From the IMG/VR virus record IMGVR_UViG_3300042368_001013, positions 27,795 through 91,794 of that record: a stretch of 64,000 nucleotides of DNA. One strand, written 5' to 3'. The translations under genes and the position numbers were made by a program. Of the stretch, positions 1 to 8,932 are shown piece after piece. Numbering within the stretch: the first letter of the stretch is position 1; each line of letters opens with the position of its first letter. A model generated the notes under the pieces. It saw nothing but the letters and a program-made list of their open reading frames with translations, was not told the origin of the DNA and made no database searches. This DNA is from a virus.

Positions 1-119
1 GGGCCACCTAATCCGTCACCACCATCGTCAATAATGCTTTCGATTAAATGTTCTAATTTAGTTGCTTTATACTGAAGCTGTTCGCAAAGATTTTTGTAAT
101 AGTTGGTTAAGTAATTCAT
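1..119 (-). CDS. Partial ORF (runs off window edge); 'YYKNLCEQLQ' leader family paralog
   Basis: ATG at 119 reads MNYLTNYYKNLCEQLQYKATKLEHLIESIIDDGGDGLGG, near-identical to the N-terminus of the ORF starting at 815. Confidence 0.8.
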   Translation of the reverse strand, partial: MNYLTNYYKNLCEQLQYKATKLEHLIESIIDDGGDGLGG

Positions 120-128
120 AAAATTTAA

Positions 129-815
129 TTAATAATTTTGTCTATTCCATCTCTCAAATGATCGTTCTCTGGCTCTAGGATTTGGTTTTTCCCTTGGTGG
201 TGTATCCCAATTTTCAACGTCTAAATATGACGGCGTAGGATGCCGTAGTATCTCTTTTTTCCAAACTTCCAACAGACGCTTCCAATTATTTTCCAAAATT
301 TGTTCTAAAGTTTTTCTTTGCTCTTTAGTAATTGAACCAGGTGGATATTTTGCATTTAGAGCTCTACGGATTTTGTCTTGTATCGTCAAAAGAGGATCTC
401 CGGGGTCATCTCTAAGTCTTATTCCAAATTGTAACCAAAGCCATCGGCTGAATATATGAATTCCATTACCATATCTCATTCTCATTAATAATTGAAATAA
501 TGCTTCAATATCAAGCATCTGTCTTTGTATATCTTCATAATCTATTTCGGGAAGCTGAAAACGAGTCGGAGGTTTTGGAAAATTTCCAGGAATAGTTGGT
601 CCGTCGCTTGTGGGTACGATGTACATGGGAGTTGGACGTGGTCCTTTTGGTGCAGGAATAGATCCAGGAGGAACTCGATTTCTTCCTGACATGTCATTAG
701 GACCACCCATTCCATCACCATCGTCAATAATGCTTTCAACCAAATGTTCTAATTTAGTTGCTTTATACTGAAGCTTTTCGCAAAGATTCTTGTAATAGTT
801 GGTTAAATAATTCAT
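129..815 (-). CDS. Pro/Trp-rich hypothetical protein, leader family; true start likely 815 rather than 866
   Basis: ATG at 815 matches the paralog start at 119 and lies 5 nt after TATAAATA (821-828). Confidence 0.75.
   Translation of the reverse strand: MNYLTNYYKNLCEKLQYKATKLEHLVESIIDDGDGMGGPNDMSGRNRVPPGSIPAPKGPRPTPMYIVPTSDGPTIPGNFPKPPTRFQLPEIDYEDIQRQMLDIEALFQLLMRMRYGNGIHIFSRWLWLQFGIRLRDDPGDPLLTIQDKIRRALNAKYPPGSITKEQRKTLEQILENNWKRLLEVWKKEILRHPTPSYLDVENWDTPPREKPNPRARERSFERWNRQNY
700..815 (-). repeat. ~115-bp imperfect direct repeat of 1..119 (shared 5' coding module)
   Basis: Direct comparison; mismatches mostly synonymous or conservative. Confidence 0.9.
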
Positions 816-876
816 AAAGATATTTATAAAACCGAAAAATAGAATAATGAAAATTAGATAAGTCAATATAGGAATG

Positions 877-905
877 AAAAAGGATCCAATATCTGGATCC
901 TTTTC
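877..905. terminator. Intrinsic terminator, probably bidirectional
   Basis: AAAAGGATCCA-ATATC-TGGATCCTTTT hairpin with A/T tracts. Confidence 0.75.
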
Positions 906-927
906 TTTTTAAAATTTTTATTTAATT

Positions 928-1440
928 TTAATACTGGTTAAATGGTCTACCAGTTCTCATTTTAAATGAAGCCATATCAGATGGTGAAGGGAATGGTCGT
1001 TGTAGATTTCCGGTGTATGCATTTTTTGTTTGTGCAGCTACAACTTCTTCGCTGGAACCTTTTTCACCGGGATCGGAAGTATCAAATGCATCTGCACCCA
1101 AATCCCATGGCTTTTCTGATGGAAGATCACTTTGTTTTACACCAGTTTTGATGCCCATTGATGAAAGTGGCATATCAAGATCTAAAATTCCTGGTTTCAA
1201 TGCTTCGGCTTGAGCAAATTTTGCATTTGCTTCTGAAGCACCTATATGATTAGGCATTTCATTAAATCTTGTTTGTTCGTCACGATAATATTGCAATCTT
1301 GCTTTTCTTTTTGCAAGTTCTTGTTGCATCAATGCAGGATTACCTGTGCTGAGTGCTTTTTTCAAACCTGCTTCAAGAAGATTTATTCTTCCTTGAAGTT
1401 GTTCACATAAATTTTTATAATATTGTGCTTGATAATCCAT
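928..1440 (-). CDS. Hypothetical protein, leader family
   Basis: MDYQAQYYKNLCEQLQGRINLLEA; late box AATAAATA 5 nt upstream. Confidence 0.75.
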   Translation of the reverse strand: MDYQAQYYKNLCEQLQGRINLLEAGLKKALSTGNPALMQQELAKRKARLQYYRDEQTRFNEMPNHIGASEANAKFAQAEALKPGILDLDMPLSSMGIKTGVKQSDLPSEKPWDLGADAFDTSDPGEKGSSEEVVAAQTKNAYTGNLQRPFPSPSDMASFKMRTGRPFNQY

Positions 1441-1517
1441 AAAATTATTTATTAAAAATGTGGTGGTTCAAAATTATCTTTAGTCGCGCTTACACAAACT
1501 TGACGATATCCTGGTTG

Positions 1518-2123
1518 TCAGTAACGTCTTGCACTATAAGAAATTCCAGCTGAATTAATAACTGGGAATCTAATGGGGATTCCATTATTTGCTGCGGCTG
1601 TGTTTTTATTCCAGCTACTTACAGTATCCAAATAAAAATCTGGGCTGTTATCTTGGCCAGCTCTTTGGATAGCACCAGCTACATGTGAGCAAAAATTATA
1701 CCAACAATCTTGAATATCAGGAGCATGCGAGGGCCAAAATTCAGCTCTAAACCATGATGGTGCGGCATTATACATGTAAGTTATCCATAGATTGTATAAA
1801 CCTTGCCAATTTGTTGCATCGATATAAGGTGTTTGTGGTGGATTGTCTCTTTGGTATATTTCCCATGCTTTAGTTTTGGAAAAAGCATCTGAGTCACCAA
1901 CTTCTTCTGGGCGGCAAAGACCAAGCGGGCAATCTGGGCGGTCATCATTTTCCAGTATAACCAAAGCAGACTTCAATGTATTTGCTTTTTGAATTAATCT
2001 TTCACATTTATTTTTAAAATATGCTTCATGTTCATCTATTTGTTGCTTTTGAAATTTTTTAATGACATTATCATATGTATTTGCAAAAGTGTTAAATTGA
2101 TCATTGAATGGATTTAGTATCAT
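1518..2123 (-). CDS. Trp-rich hypothetical protein with diverged leader motif
   Basis: Internal YFKNKCERLIQKANTLKSALVILE; TATAAATA (2141-2148) and GAGG RBS. Confidence 0.7.
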   Translation of the reverse strand: MILNPFNDQFNTFANTYDNVIKKFQKQQIDEHEAYFKNKCERLIQKANTLKSALVILENDDRPDCPLGLCRPEEVGDSDAFSKTKAWEIYQRDNPPQTPYIDATNWQGLYNLWITYMYNAAPSWFRAEFWPSHAPDIQDCWYNFCSHVAGAIQRAGQDNSPDFYLDTVSSWNKNTAAANNGIPIRFPVINSAGISYSARRY

Positions 2124-2143
2124 AAAAGCCTCTTTTTTATTAT

Positions 2144-2668
2144 TTATAGTCTTGAAGTTTTAGATGTTTTGCCCAAAGATCCAGTTTCCGTATTTAATTT
2201 TGGTATTGTCATACTACCTGGAATTTTTTGTGATGATTGGTATCCCGAATAAATTGAAGAACTATTATTATCTAATCCGGGTGAAAGTGTCAGCGCATCA
2301 ACTGTGCTGGTTGCTTGGCCTCTTATAAGTTTATTAAAAGCACTTTCTTTGGATGAAGGTGTAGATAATGTTGGTACTACTGGTGGTTCAGACGACAATG
2401 TATTTACAGAAGCAGGTTCTGATGGAGTTGTAGTAAGAGGATTGGTCAAAAGTTTAGTTTGAGCTATTTCTTGTTGTTTTTGATTCAACAAATCATTTAA
2501 ACGATCTTTTTCTTCTGGTCTACCAGTTGTAATTTTCTTTTGTTGTAAGATATCTTTCTTATCTTTTTTCAAAGAATCCATATAATTTGTAATTGATGGA
2601 TTATTTGAAGTTCCTTCTGGACCAATACCCAGATCTTCTTTAAGTAAAAAATCTTTAAATTTTAGCAT
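2144..2668 (-). CDS. Putative internal head protein, S/T/P-rich
   Basis: N-terminus MLKFKDFLLKE resembles the T4 capsid-targeting sequence MKTYQEFIAE; late box 5 nt upstream. Confidence 0.55.
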   Translation of the reverse strand: MLKFKDFLLKEDLGIGPEGTSNNPSITNYMDSLKKDKKDILQQKKITTGRPEEKDRLNDLLNQKQQEIAQTKLLTNPLTTTPSEPASVNTLSSEPPVVPTLSTPSSKESAFNKLIRGQATSTVDALTLSPGLDNNSSSIYSGYQSSQKIPGSMTIPKLNTETGSLGKTSKTSRL

Positions 2669-2684
2669 ATAATTATTTATTAAC

Positions 2685-3389
2685 TTATTCTTTTGTAAAT
2701 AAACTTTTAACAGACTTAATGATTCCTTTGGCGGAATCTAAAGTATCTGAAACTTTAAACCCTTCACCTTTTTCTTCCTCAAATTTTCCTTTGGGGCATC
2801 TTAATGTTGGCATGTAAAGTTTTTCTGATAAAGCTGCACGTGGATTACCAACAGAACAACCACATCCACCTTTACACCAGCCAATAGAATCATGGTTTGG
2901 TTGTTTATTTGATAGTGGAATATTGTTTACTCTGAATTCGCAATTCATGCAGATTTCTTTTCTTTTCTCAAAATTTTCCTTGGATATTTTTCCTTGAGTT
3001 GCTTGAGAAGATTCTGCCTTTAGATAACTAGAAGCTTTTTCTATAAATGATTTTTCAGATTTCATTTGTTTCTTTAATTCTTCAAATTTTTTAATACCTT
3101 CTTGTGTTTTATCGTGCAATTTTTTTATTTTTAGATCAATATCTTCTTTTGTTTCTGAAAGAATAATATTTCCTTCAACTATTCTTGATGATTCTACATA
3201 AGAACTTTCAATAGATTTTCTTTTATCGCATCTTATGCAGAAATTAAAATCTGGATTTTTTGTAACATTTATTGCACATGAAGTGTCACATTCTTGATTA
3301 GTGCTCCAGTGTATACAATTAATTACAGGTAAATTAATTGTATGATTTTTGCATGGAATTACTTTTGGTAATATTGGATTGTTATTCAT
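2685..3389 (-). CDS. Cys-rich protein (CxxC ... CxGGCGC ... KLxxPxLxCP)
   Basis: ORF track; Cys motifs; directly downstream of the 1219-aa Cys-rich gene. Confidence 0.7.
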   Translation of the reverse strand: MNNNPILPKVIPCKNHTINLPVINCIHWSTNQECDTSCAINVTKNPDFNFCIRCDKRKSIESSYVESSRIVEGNIILSETKEDIDLKIKKLHDKTQEGIKKFEELKKQMKSEKSFIEKASSYLKAESSQATQGKISKENFEKRKEICMNCEFRVNNIPLSNKQPNHDSIGWCKGGCGCSVGNPRAALSEKLYMPTLRCPKGKFEEEKGEGFKVSDTLDSAKGIIKSVKSLFTKE

Positions 3390-3406
3390 ATAAATTATCT
3401 CTTAAT

Positions 3407-6400
3407 TTAAAATACTGATATCGTTCCATAATCAGTGATACATGGTGTGTCTTGATTTTGTCCTATTTTGTTGATTTGACATTTGCATCCACTACAAGGA
3501 GTTGGGCCACCATCTGCTTGTGACAGACATGTACCCGAACAACCACTACTGTTTCCACCAAACCCTTGTATTACGCAATCGGTATAATCAACCCCCGGAT
3601 TACAACATGTATAAGGTTGGCATAGGTCACAAAATTGAGTAATATCTTGTACATCACTACAACTTTTCGCATTATCTCCACAGCCTGTTCGTTCGGAACA
3701 ACAACCTTTAGTATCGGCATTGCAGTTATTTGGATCGTCTGAAAATACATATTGTGAACATTTTATAACTGAACACGATTGCCCACCCCTTGGACCTCCA
3801 GCTTCTTGAAAACAGAAGTTATCGGGAGTTTCTACTACAAAATTCCATCTTGTACCATTTTTCCATTCGGGGTAACTAACACCAGAAGCACTTATAAATA
3901 CTCCTTCTATGTATGCGGGTGTGAAGCTCCCATCAAAAGTGTAACAATCAGTTTCTTCACTTCCATCTTGAGTATCGCAAATAGGATCTGCCCTAAATGT
4001 TACACAACATTTATATTTTGGAGATTTAAAATTAAAAGTTCCTTTGACAGTTCCACCAACTATAGAATATGTTAGTGTAAGATTGTCACCATCTTTTATT
4101 TTAGGTGATTGATCTTCACAGCCACAGCAATCTGAACCGCAAGTCATTATTCGGTCACCATACCATCCACTATCATCTATAGGATAAGCAGTTGCAAATG
4201 GTGCTGTGCAAAGATTTATAATATTTGCAGCAGAAGAAATAGGAGCACCAACTAAATCTACACATTGTTTGCAAACTTTAATTCTATAACCATTTAAAGT
4301 ACAATTTTCTCCGCATATCTTTTTTATATAAGATGTTTTTTCTAATTTTAATAACTGTTCTGCTTTTAATAGCATGTCATTATTGGTCATACCAGCAAAT
4401 AAACATGGATTTAGTACAACTTCCATTGCAGTAGCTTCATATTCTTCTGTTTGCTTCGATATATAAATGCACATTTGTGTTTCGTATGATTTATGTTCAA
4501 CTATGACATTATCATAAGTTACATATTGTGCCATCTCACATTGTTCTTTTTGGCAACCACATTGATCACAACATATGGCTTTTACTGCATCAGTAGAAAG
4601 GCATGGAGTTCTTTCTATATGTGCTTTAAACCCAGTAAAAGTAGCGTCAAAACACCCAGTAGTTGGAATACCACTATCACATGGATTTGTTAATATATTT
4701 TGTGGCGTATAAGTTACATTTTTTGTTTTGCTGTCCATTAATAGTGGGCCAGCTCTATACAAATTTGTAAAAATATAATTTGGTAAGTTAGATAACGATT
4801 TTTTAATTCCAGCAAAAAGTCCAGTCAAATTAAAAGGAAATGGAGTATTACATACTAATGGAGTAATATTACATTTTTGATAACATGATTGATCACCATC
4901 CCAACACCCTTCAACATCACATATTCTTCTTTGAGTGCATGCATTAAAAGAAAATGTTGTAATTAGTTCTAAAGGCACTGCCTCTTCTTCTGGGCAAAAT
5001 CCACAAGAACTATTTCCACCGACTCCATACAGATTTCTTACACATAATTTTGCATTACTGTGAATAAATGTTAAAAATCCATTTATTCCTTCTGGGTCCG
5101 GGAATGAATAATCATTATTAAAAACAACACGACAAATACAATCGCCATCAGATGGACCTGTATTGCAAATTATTGTGACATTTGAATTTGATCCACTGTC
5201 ATCACACAATTGTTGTTTTAGCTGATCAATATCAAGAGTATCTGCATCAGCATAATATGATAACGAGTTTCCAAGATTTATTTGATTTTCGGAATTAAAT
5301 CCATCATAAAAATCATAAAGAGTATTTACACTATCATTACCAAAACGTCTCCAACCAAATGCTGGAATACACAGATAATAAAATCCAGATGGTTCATCTA
5401 TAGCTATAAATGGAGAATCTGTATCTACTCCACTACGACATATGGATTTATATTTTGGAGCAGTATCAGGATCTGAACAATAACATCCCTGCAAATTTCC
5501 TTGGGGATCTATAGTACTTGTACAATTAAAATTAGGTGGTCTACAGATTCTTTCACCAATAAAAATATCACAGCATCCTGTTACAGTAGAAAGATCTATG
5601 CCGTAATCTTCATATAAGTTTTTAAAAAAGTTTCTAGAATCAGAATAATTTGCAAAAACATTTGTTGTGGGTACAAACCATTTTACATTTGATGGTATTC
5701 CATCAGCAATATATTCTGGCTCACATCCTAAAGTGCAATAATAAAGATCATAAGGATCAGTAAAATCATCGTCAAGCCATGTAACTAAAATATATCTTTC
5801 GCCATTTAATTCAAATGATAATTTAACATCAGTGGCTCCAGCAGAAAAAATGGAATTATAATCTGGTAAGTTTGCAAAAGCTTCACCTGTAATAAGTGAA
5901 ACTTGTCCTTCACTCAAACAAATATAATTTGGTCCATTTGGAAATACTCCACGAACATCATTTGTTGATTGGCTTTCATTGCACGGACACCAACGGGTTC
6001 TATGATATTCAGCACCTTGTCCAGGTTGCCCATTAAAAAAAGAAACATATTCTGTATTAATTGCCTGTAAATATCTTCCAAGATTATTTGCACCAATACC
6101 CGAATCTTTATTTAATTTTTCAAAAAATGGGCTGCATCGGCTTCCGGGACCAATACTAGTTCCATCAAATCCTTGATCTATTGGATTTTGTGAAAATATA
6201 TCAAATTTTGTAGATGATCCACCACCACCAGAACTGTTAGGTCCACCACCACCACCTCCAAAATAACCTGCACCACCACCACCACCTACATTTTGAATTG
6301 GTATATTTCCCGATGGAGTAGGTCTATAACCATACCCACCTACTCTAGCATATCCGGCGCCCGCATTAGCCCCACCAGCACCACCCTGTGTTTGTGTTGC

Positions 6401-7066
6401 TGCATTTCCCGGAGAAGGGCCGTCACCTGGCTCGCCATTATCTACACCACCATGTCCACCAAATCTACTATCAAGATTAAAATCAGCTCCCGCTCCTGCA
6501 CCAGACCCAACCACATATTCTCCACCTATTTGAAGCGCTTGTGTATTATTTCCCTCTTCTATTAAACCCTCTACTATACTACCAGTTCCATATGCTACCG
6601 CACCACCACCCCAACCAGCAAGAGGAAATCCACCACCACCTCCATATGGATCTTGAGTAGATGTGGAAAAGTTGGTATGGATACCACCTGTGCCACCTCC
6701 TCCAACAAAAACGGACATCGTAATTGTTGTTGTGATATTAAATGGTACAAGATTAAAATCAATGTAAGCACCATTTCCACCATAGCCTTCTCTTGGTGCT
6801 CCACCACCAGAACCACGCAACATCATTTTTATTCTTCTAGAACTATCTTTTGCAATTGATAATCCCGTTTCACCAATACCTGTAACGGTAAATGGAAAAT
6901 GAGGTTCATCTAATCCTGTTGTAGATGCTGTTGGTGGAAAATCATTAAAAATAATATTACTTCCAACACGCTTATAGTATTTTGTTGTATATTCATAACA
7001 TTTGATAGCAATGTAATGTTTTACAAGCGGATTTTCTTCTTTACAGCAGCAACCTTTTTTAGTCAT
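3407..7066 (-). CDS. 1219-aa Gly-rich plus Cys-rich protein, putative fibre/receptor-binding virion protein
   Basis: N-terminal CCC; GGGG-rich domain at about aa 85-290; about 70 Cys by hand count; TATAAATA at 7085-7092 and GAGG RBS. Confidence 0.6.
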   Translation of the reverse strand: MTKKGCCCKEENPLVKHYIAIKCYEYTTKYYKRVGSNIIFNDFPPTASTTGLDEPHFPFTVTGIGETGLSIAKDSSRRIKMMLRGSGGGAPREGYGGNGAYIDFNLVPFNITTTITMSVFVGGGGTGGIHTNFSTSTQDPYGGGGGFPLAGWGGGAVAYGTGSIVEGLIEEGNNTQALQIGGEYVVGSGAGAGADFNLDSRFGGHGGVDNGEPGDGPSPGNAATQTQGGAGGANAGAGYARVGGYGYRPTPSGNIPIQNVGGGGGAGYFGGGGGGPNSSGGGGSSTKFDIFSQNPIDQGFDGTSIGPGSRCSPFFEKLNKDSGIGANNLGRYLQAINTEYVSFFNGQPGQGAEYHRTRWCPCNESQSTNDVRGVFPNGPNYICLSEGQVSLITGEAFANLPDYNSIFSAGATDVKLSFELNGERYILVTWLDDDFTDPYDLYYCTLGCEPEYIADGIPSNVKWFVPTTNVFANYSDSRNFFKNLYEDYGIDLSTVTGCCDIFIGERICRPPNFNCTSTIDPQGNLQGCYCSDPDTAPKYKSICRSGVDTDSPFIAIDEPSGFYYLCIPAFGWRRFGNDSVNTLYDFYDGFNSENQINLGNSLSYYADADTLDIDQLKQQLCDDSGSNSNVTIICNTGPSDGDCICRVVFNNDYSFPDPEGINGFLTFIHSNAKLCVRNLYGVGGNSSCGFCPEEEAVPLELITTFSFNACTQRRICDVEGCWDGDQSCYQKCNITPLVCNTPFPFNLTGLFAGIKKSLSNLPNYIFTNLYRAGPLLMDSKTKNVTYTPQNILTNPCDSGIPTTGCFDATFTGFKAHIERTPCLSTDAVKAICCDQCGCQKEQCEMAQYVTYDNVIVEHKSYETQMCIYISKQTEEYEATAMEVVLNPCLFAGMTNNDMLLKAEQLLKLEKTSYIKKICGENCTLNGYRIKVCKQCVDLVGAPISSAANIINLCTAPFATAYPIDDSGWYGDRIMTCGSDCCGCEDQSPKIKDGDNLTLTYSIVGGTVKGTFNFKSPKYKCCVTFRADPICDTQDGSEETDCYTFDGSFTPAYIEGVFISASGVSYPEWKNGTRWNFVVETPDNFCFQEAGGPRGGQSCSVIKCSQYVFSDDPNNCNADTKGCCSERTGCGDNAKSCSDVQDITQFCDLCQPYTCCNPGVDYTDCVIQGFGGNSSGCSGTCLSQADGGPTPCSGCKCQINKIGQNQDTPCITDYGTISVF

Positions 7067-7087
7067 ACGAACCTCTACACTGATTAT

Positions 7088-7462
7088 TTATAGTATTGTT
7101 AGACCATTATCAGTAGTGTAATATATTTGATGAAAACTTTCCTTACACCATTTTTCACAAACAGGGCAGGGTTTAGAGTTTCTGAAATTGCCAAACCTGT
7201 TGAATCTAAAGTTCAACAAGATAAGTTTTTTATCCAACAAATTTTTTGAAATTTTTCTAAAAGCATCAAGCTCGGAATGCATTTCTGCAAATTTATATCC
7301 GAGCCTGAAACTTTCAGGATGTGTTTTAAAAATATTTTGACCTACTGAAATAATTTTACGCTTGTAAATAACCAAAGATATGTGCTTTTTCTGTCTTTCC
7401 ATTGCCATAGAAAGAGGCTTAGCAATAGGCATATAATTTTGCAGTACGGTCTCAATATTCAT
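7088..7462 (-). CDS. Zn-dependent cytidine/dCMP deaminase-like protein
   Basis: HSE ... SKPCPVC motif. Confidence 0.8.
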   Translation of the reverse strand: MNIETVLQNYMPIAKPLSMAMERQKKHISLVIYKRKIISVGQNIFKTHPESFRLGYKFAEMHSELDAFRKISKNLLDKKLILLNFRFNRFGNFRNSKPCPVCEKWCKESFHQIYYTTDNGLTIL

Positions 7463-7779
7463 TACGTAACCAACTTAAGTTTCGGATTGCCAGCCGGCGG
7501 ATCTATTTTGTTTCTAGGAGTTACTATACCACGATTCAGACTAGAATCATATTGGTTTTTTAGTTCATCAAGAGGTTCAACTGTAAAAGCAATAAAGCTT
7601 TTTGGAATAGAAACACCTTTAGATGCTTTAGTATAAATCATCCAAGGCATCAAACCAATTTGGCCTTCACCAACTGGGATGAGGATTGCTGGATCCTTGA
7701 TAAGCCAAGAATCACCTTGATCTTCAAATCTTGCGAGAACTTCTTCACCTGAATTTAGTCTAAATAATTTTACGTTCAT
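7462..7779 (-). CDS. Sm-like fold protein of T4-like phages
   Basis: VKLFRLNSGEEVLA ... IKDP ... GLMPW pattern. Confidence 0.65.
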   Translation of the reverse strand: MNVKLFRLNSGEEVLARFEDQGDSWLIKDPAILIPVGEGQIGLMPWMIYTKASKGVSIPKSFIAFTVEPLDELKNQYDSSLNRGIVTPRNKIDPPAGNPKLKLVT

Positions 7780-7800
7780 ATGTTTCCTTTACAGGTTTTT

Positions 7801-7828
7801 ATTATAACAGGTATTTTAGCACTAGCAA
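7801..7828 (-). promoter_or_regulatory. Sigma70-type early promoter
   Basis: TTGCTA-N16-TATAAT upstream of the AAGGA RBS of ORF 7779. Confidence 0.65.
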
Positions 7829-7839
7829 GTAACAATATT

Positions 7840-8472
7840 ATGAAATCATTTCAACAATTTTTAACTGAAGCCAATCAAAAAATTCAATGCGATATTAATG
7901 GTATTTGCAAAGTAATAAAACAATATGAATCTGCTGGTAACGAACAAAAAATTCTTTCTGTCTATAAAGACAGCAAAGGATTGTCTACAATAGGACACGG
8001 ACATTTAGTAACTCCACAGTCTCCAAAAATCTTTGCTGAATTAAATATTAGTCCTGATGTCTTGACTGGCAAAGCAAAATTAACACCAGAACAAGCAGAT
8101 AAATTGCTTGAAAGAGATGTCAAAACTCGATTACCTCAAGTTGAAAAATTAGTTCCAAATTTTAATACTTATTCTTCGGAACTTCAAGGTCAACTTGCAT
8201 CAGAACAATTTAGAGGTATGTTAGGAAAATCTCCTAGCGCTCTTAAAAAATTAAACGCAGGAGACTTTTCTGGTGCATCTACAGAATATTTAAATGCTAA
8301 AGATTATAGAGAATCTGTAAGAGATAAAACTGGTATTGCACCAAGAATGCAAAGTTTAGCGGATGCAATTAAAACGGAACCAGAACGTCAGAAGAAACGT
8401 CAGCAATCTTCTCTGCAAACCACTCAGGCGTCTCAGTCGCCTTCCACTTTGCAAACGCCGCTTTCTCGTTGA
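7840..8472 (+). CDS. T4-lysozyme-like muramidase (GH24) with capsid-targeting-like N-terminus
   Basis: YE...VYKDSKGLSTIGHGH catalytic E/D/T pattern; likely start MKSFQQFLTEA at 7840. Confidence 0.8.
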   Translation: MKSFQQFLTEANQKIQCDINGICKVIKQYESAGNEQKILSVYKDSKGLSTIGHGHLVTPQSPKIFAELNISPDVLTGKAKLTPEQADKLLERDVKTRLPQVEKLVPNFNTYSSELQGQLASEQFRGMLGKSPSALKKLNAGDFSGASTEYLNAKDYRESVRDKTGIAPRMQSLADAIKTEPERQKKRQQSSLQTTQASQSPSTLQTPLSR

Positions 8473-8932
8473 TATAATAACTACGATATGCAACTACTGC
8501 ATTTTCATTCTTATATTGTTCTGGCATTGCCTGAACAAAGGTAGTCAACTTACCTTTTGGCAAATTAATAGGACAGTCATACAATTCATTCAACAACATA
8601 GATTCCATTGAATGAATTTTGCCATAGCGGCGAGTGTATTCTTTACACAATGCATATGCATGTTTCCAAAGCCAAAGATAATTTTCTGACGTTGTACGTG
8701 TCCAAATATTGCATGGATGATTAATCATTGCAGCCTTGCAGATATTCTTCTTTGTACATACATGCGTAACATATCTACGCTTACCAGTATTGACTTCCAA
8801 TGGATCGCCATCCAAAACATGATGGGCAGTTGAAAGCAACTGGCAAGACTCAAGAATCATTTTTACAACGTGCTTGTCGCACATCATACGAGCGGAAGTA
8901 GCAGCATCATTGTCCAAAACAAAAATATTCAT
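8369..8932 (-). CDS. Pyrimidine-dimer DNA glycosylase (DenV)-family-like protein
   Basis: MNIFVLD...CDKHVVKMILESCQLL...HPC.IW...EYTRRYGKIH signature. Confidence 0.7.
   Translation of the reverse strand: MNIFVLDNDAATSARMMCDKHVVKMILESCQLLSTAHHVLDGDPLEVNTGKRRYVTHVCTKKNICKAAMINHPCNIWTRTTSENYLWLWKHAYALCKEYTRRYGKIHSMESMLLNELYDCPINLPKGKLTTFVQAMPEQYKNENAVVAYRSYYINEKAAFAKWKATETPEWFAEKIADVSSDVLVPF

Noticed and set aside
1-815. Repeat pair 1..119 / 700..815 as a diversity-generating retroelement TR/VR or CRISPR-like repeat
   Set aside because: Mismatches are mostly synonymous and not adenine-specific, the repeats are at gene 5' ends, and no reverse transcriptase or cas gene is in the window.
6200-6820. 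CCA/CCT-rich low-complexity tracts as DNA tandem repeats
   Set aside because: They encode the poly-Gly domain of the 1219-aa protein.
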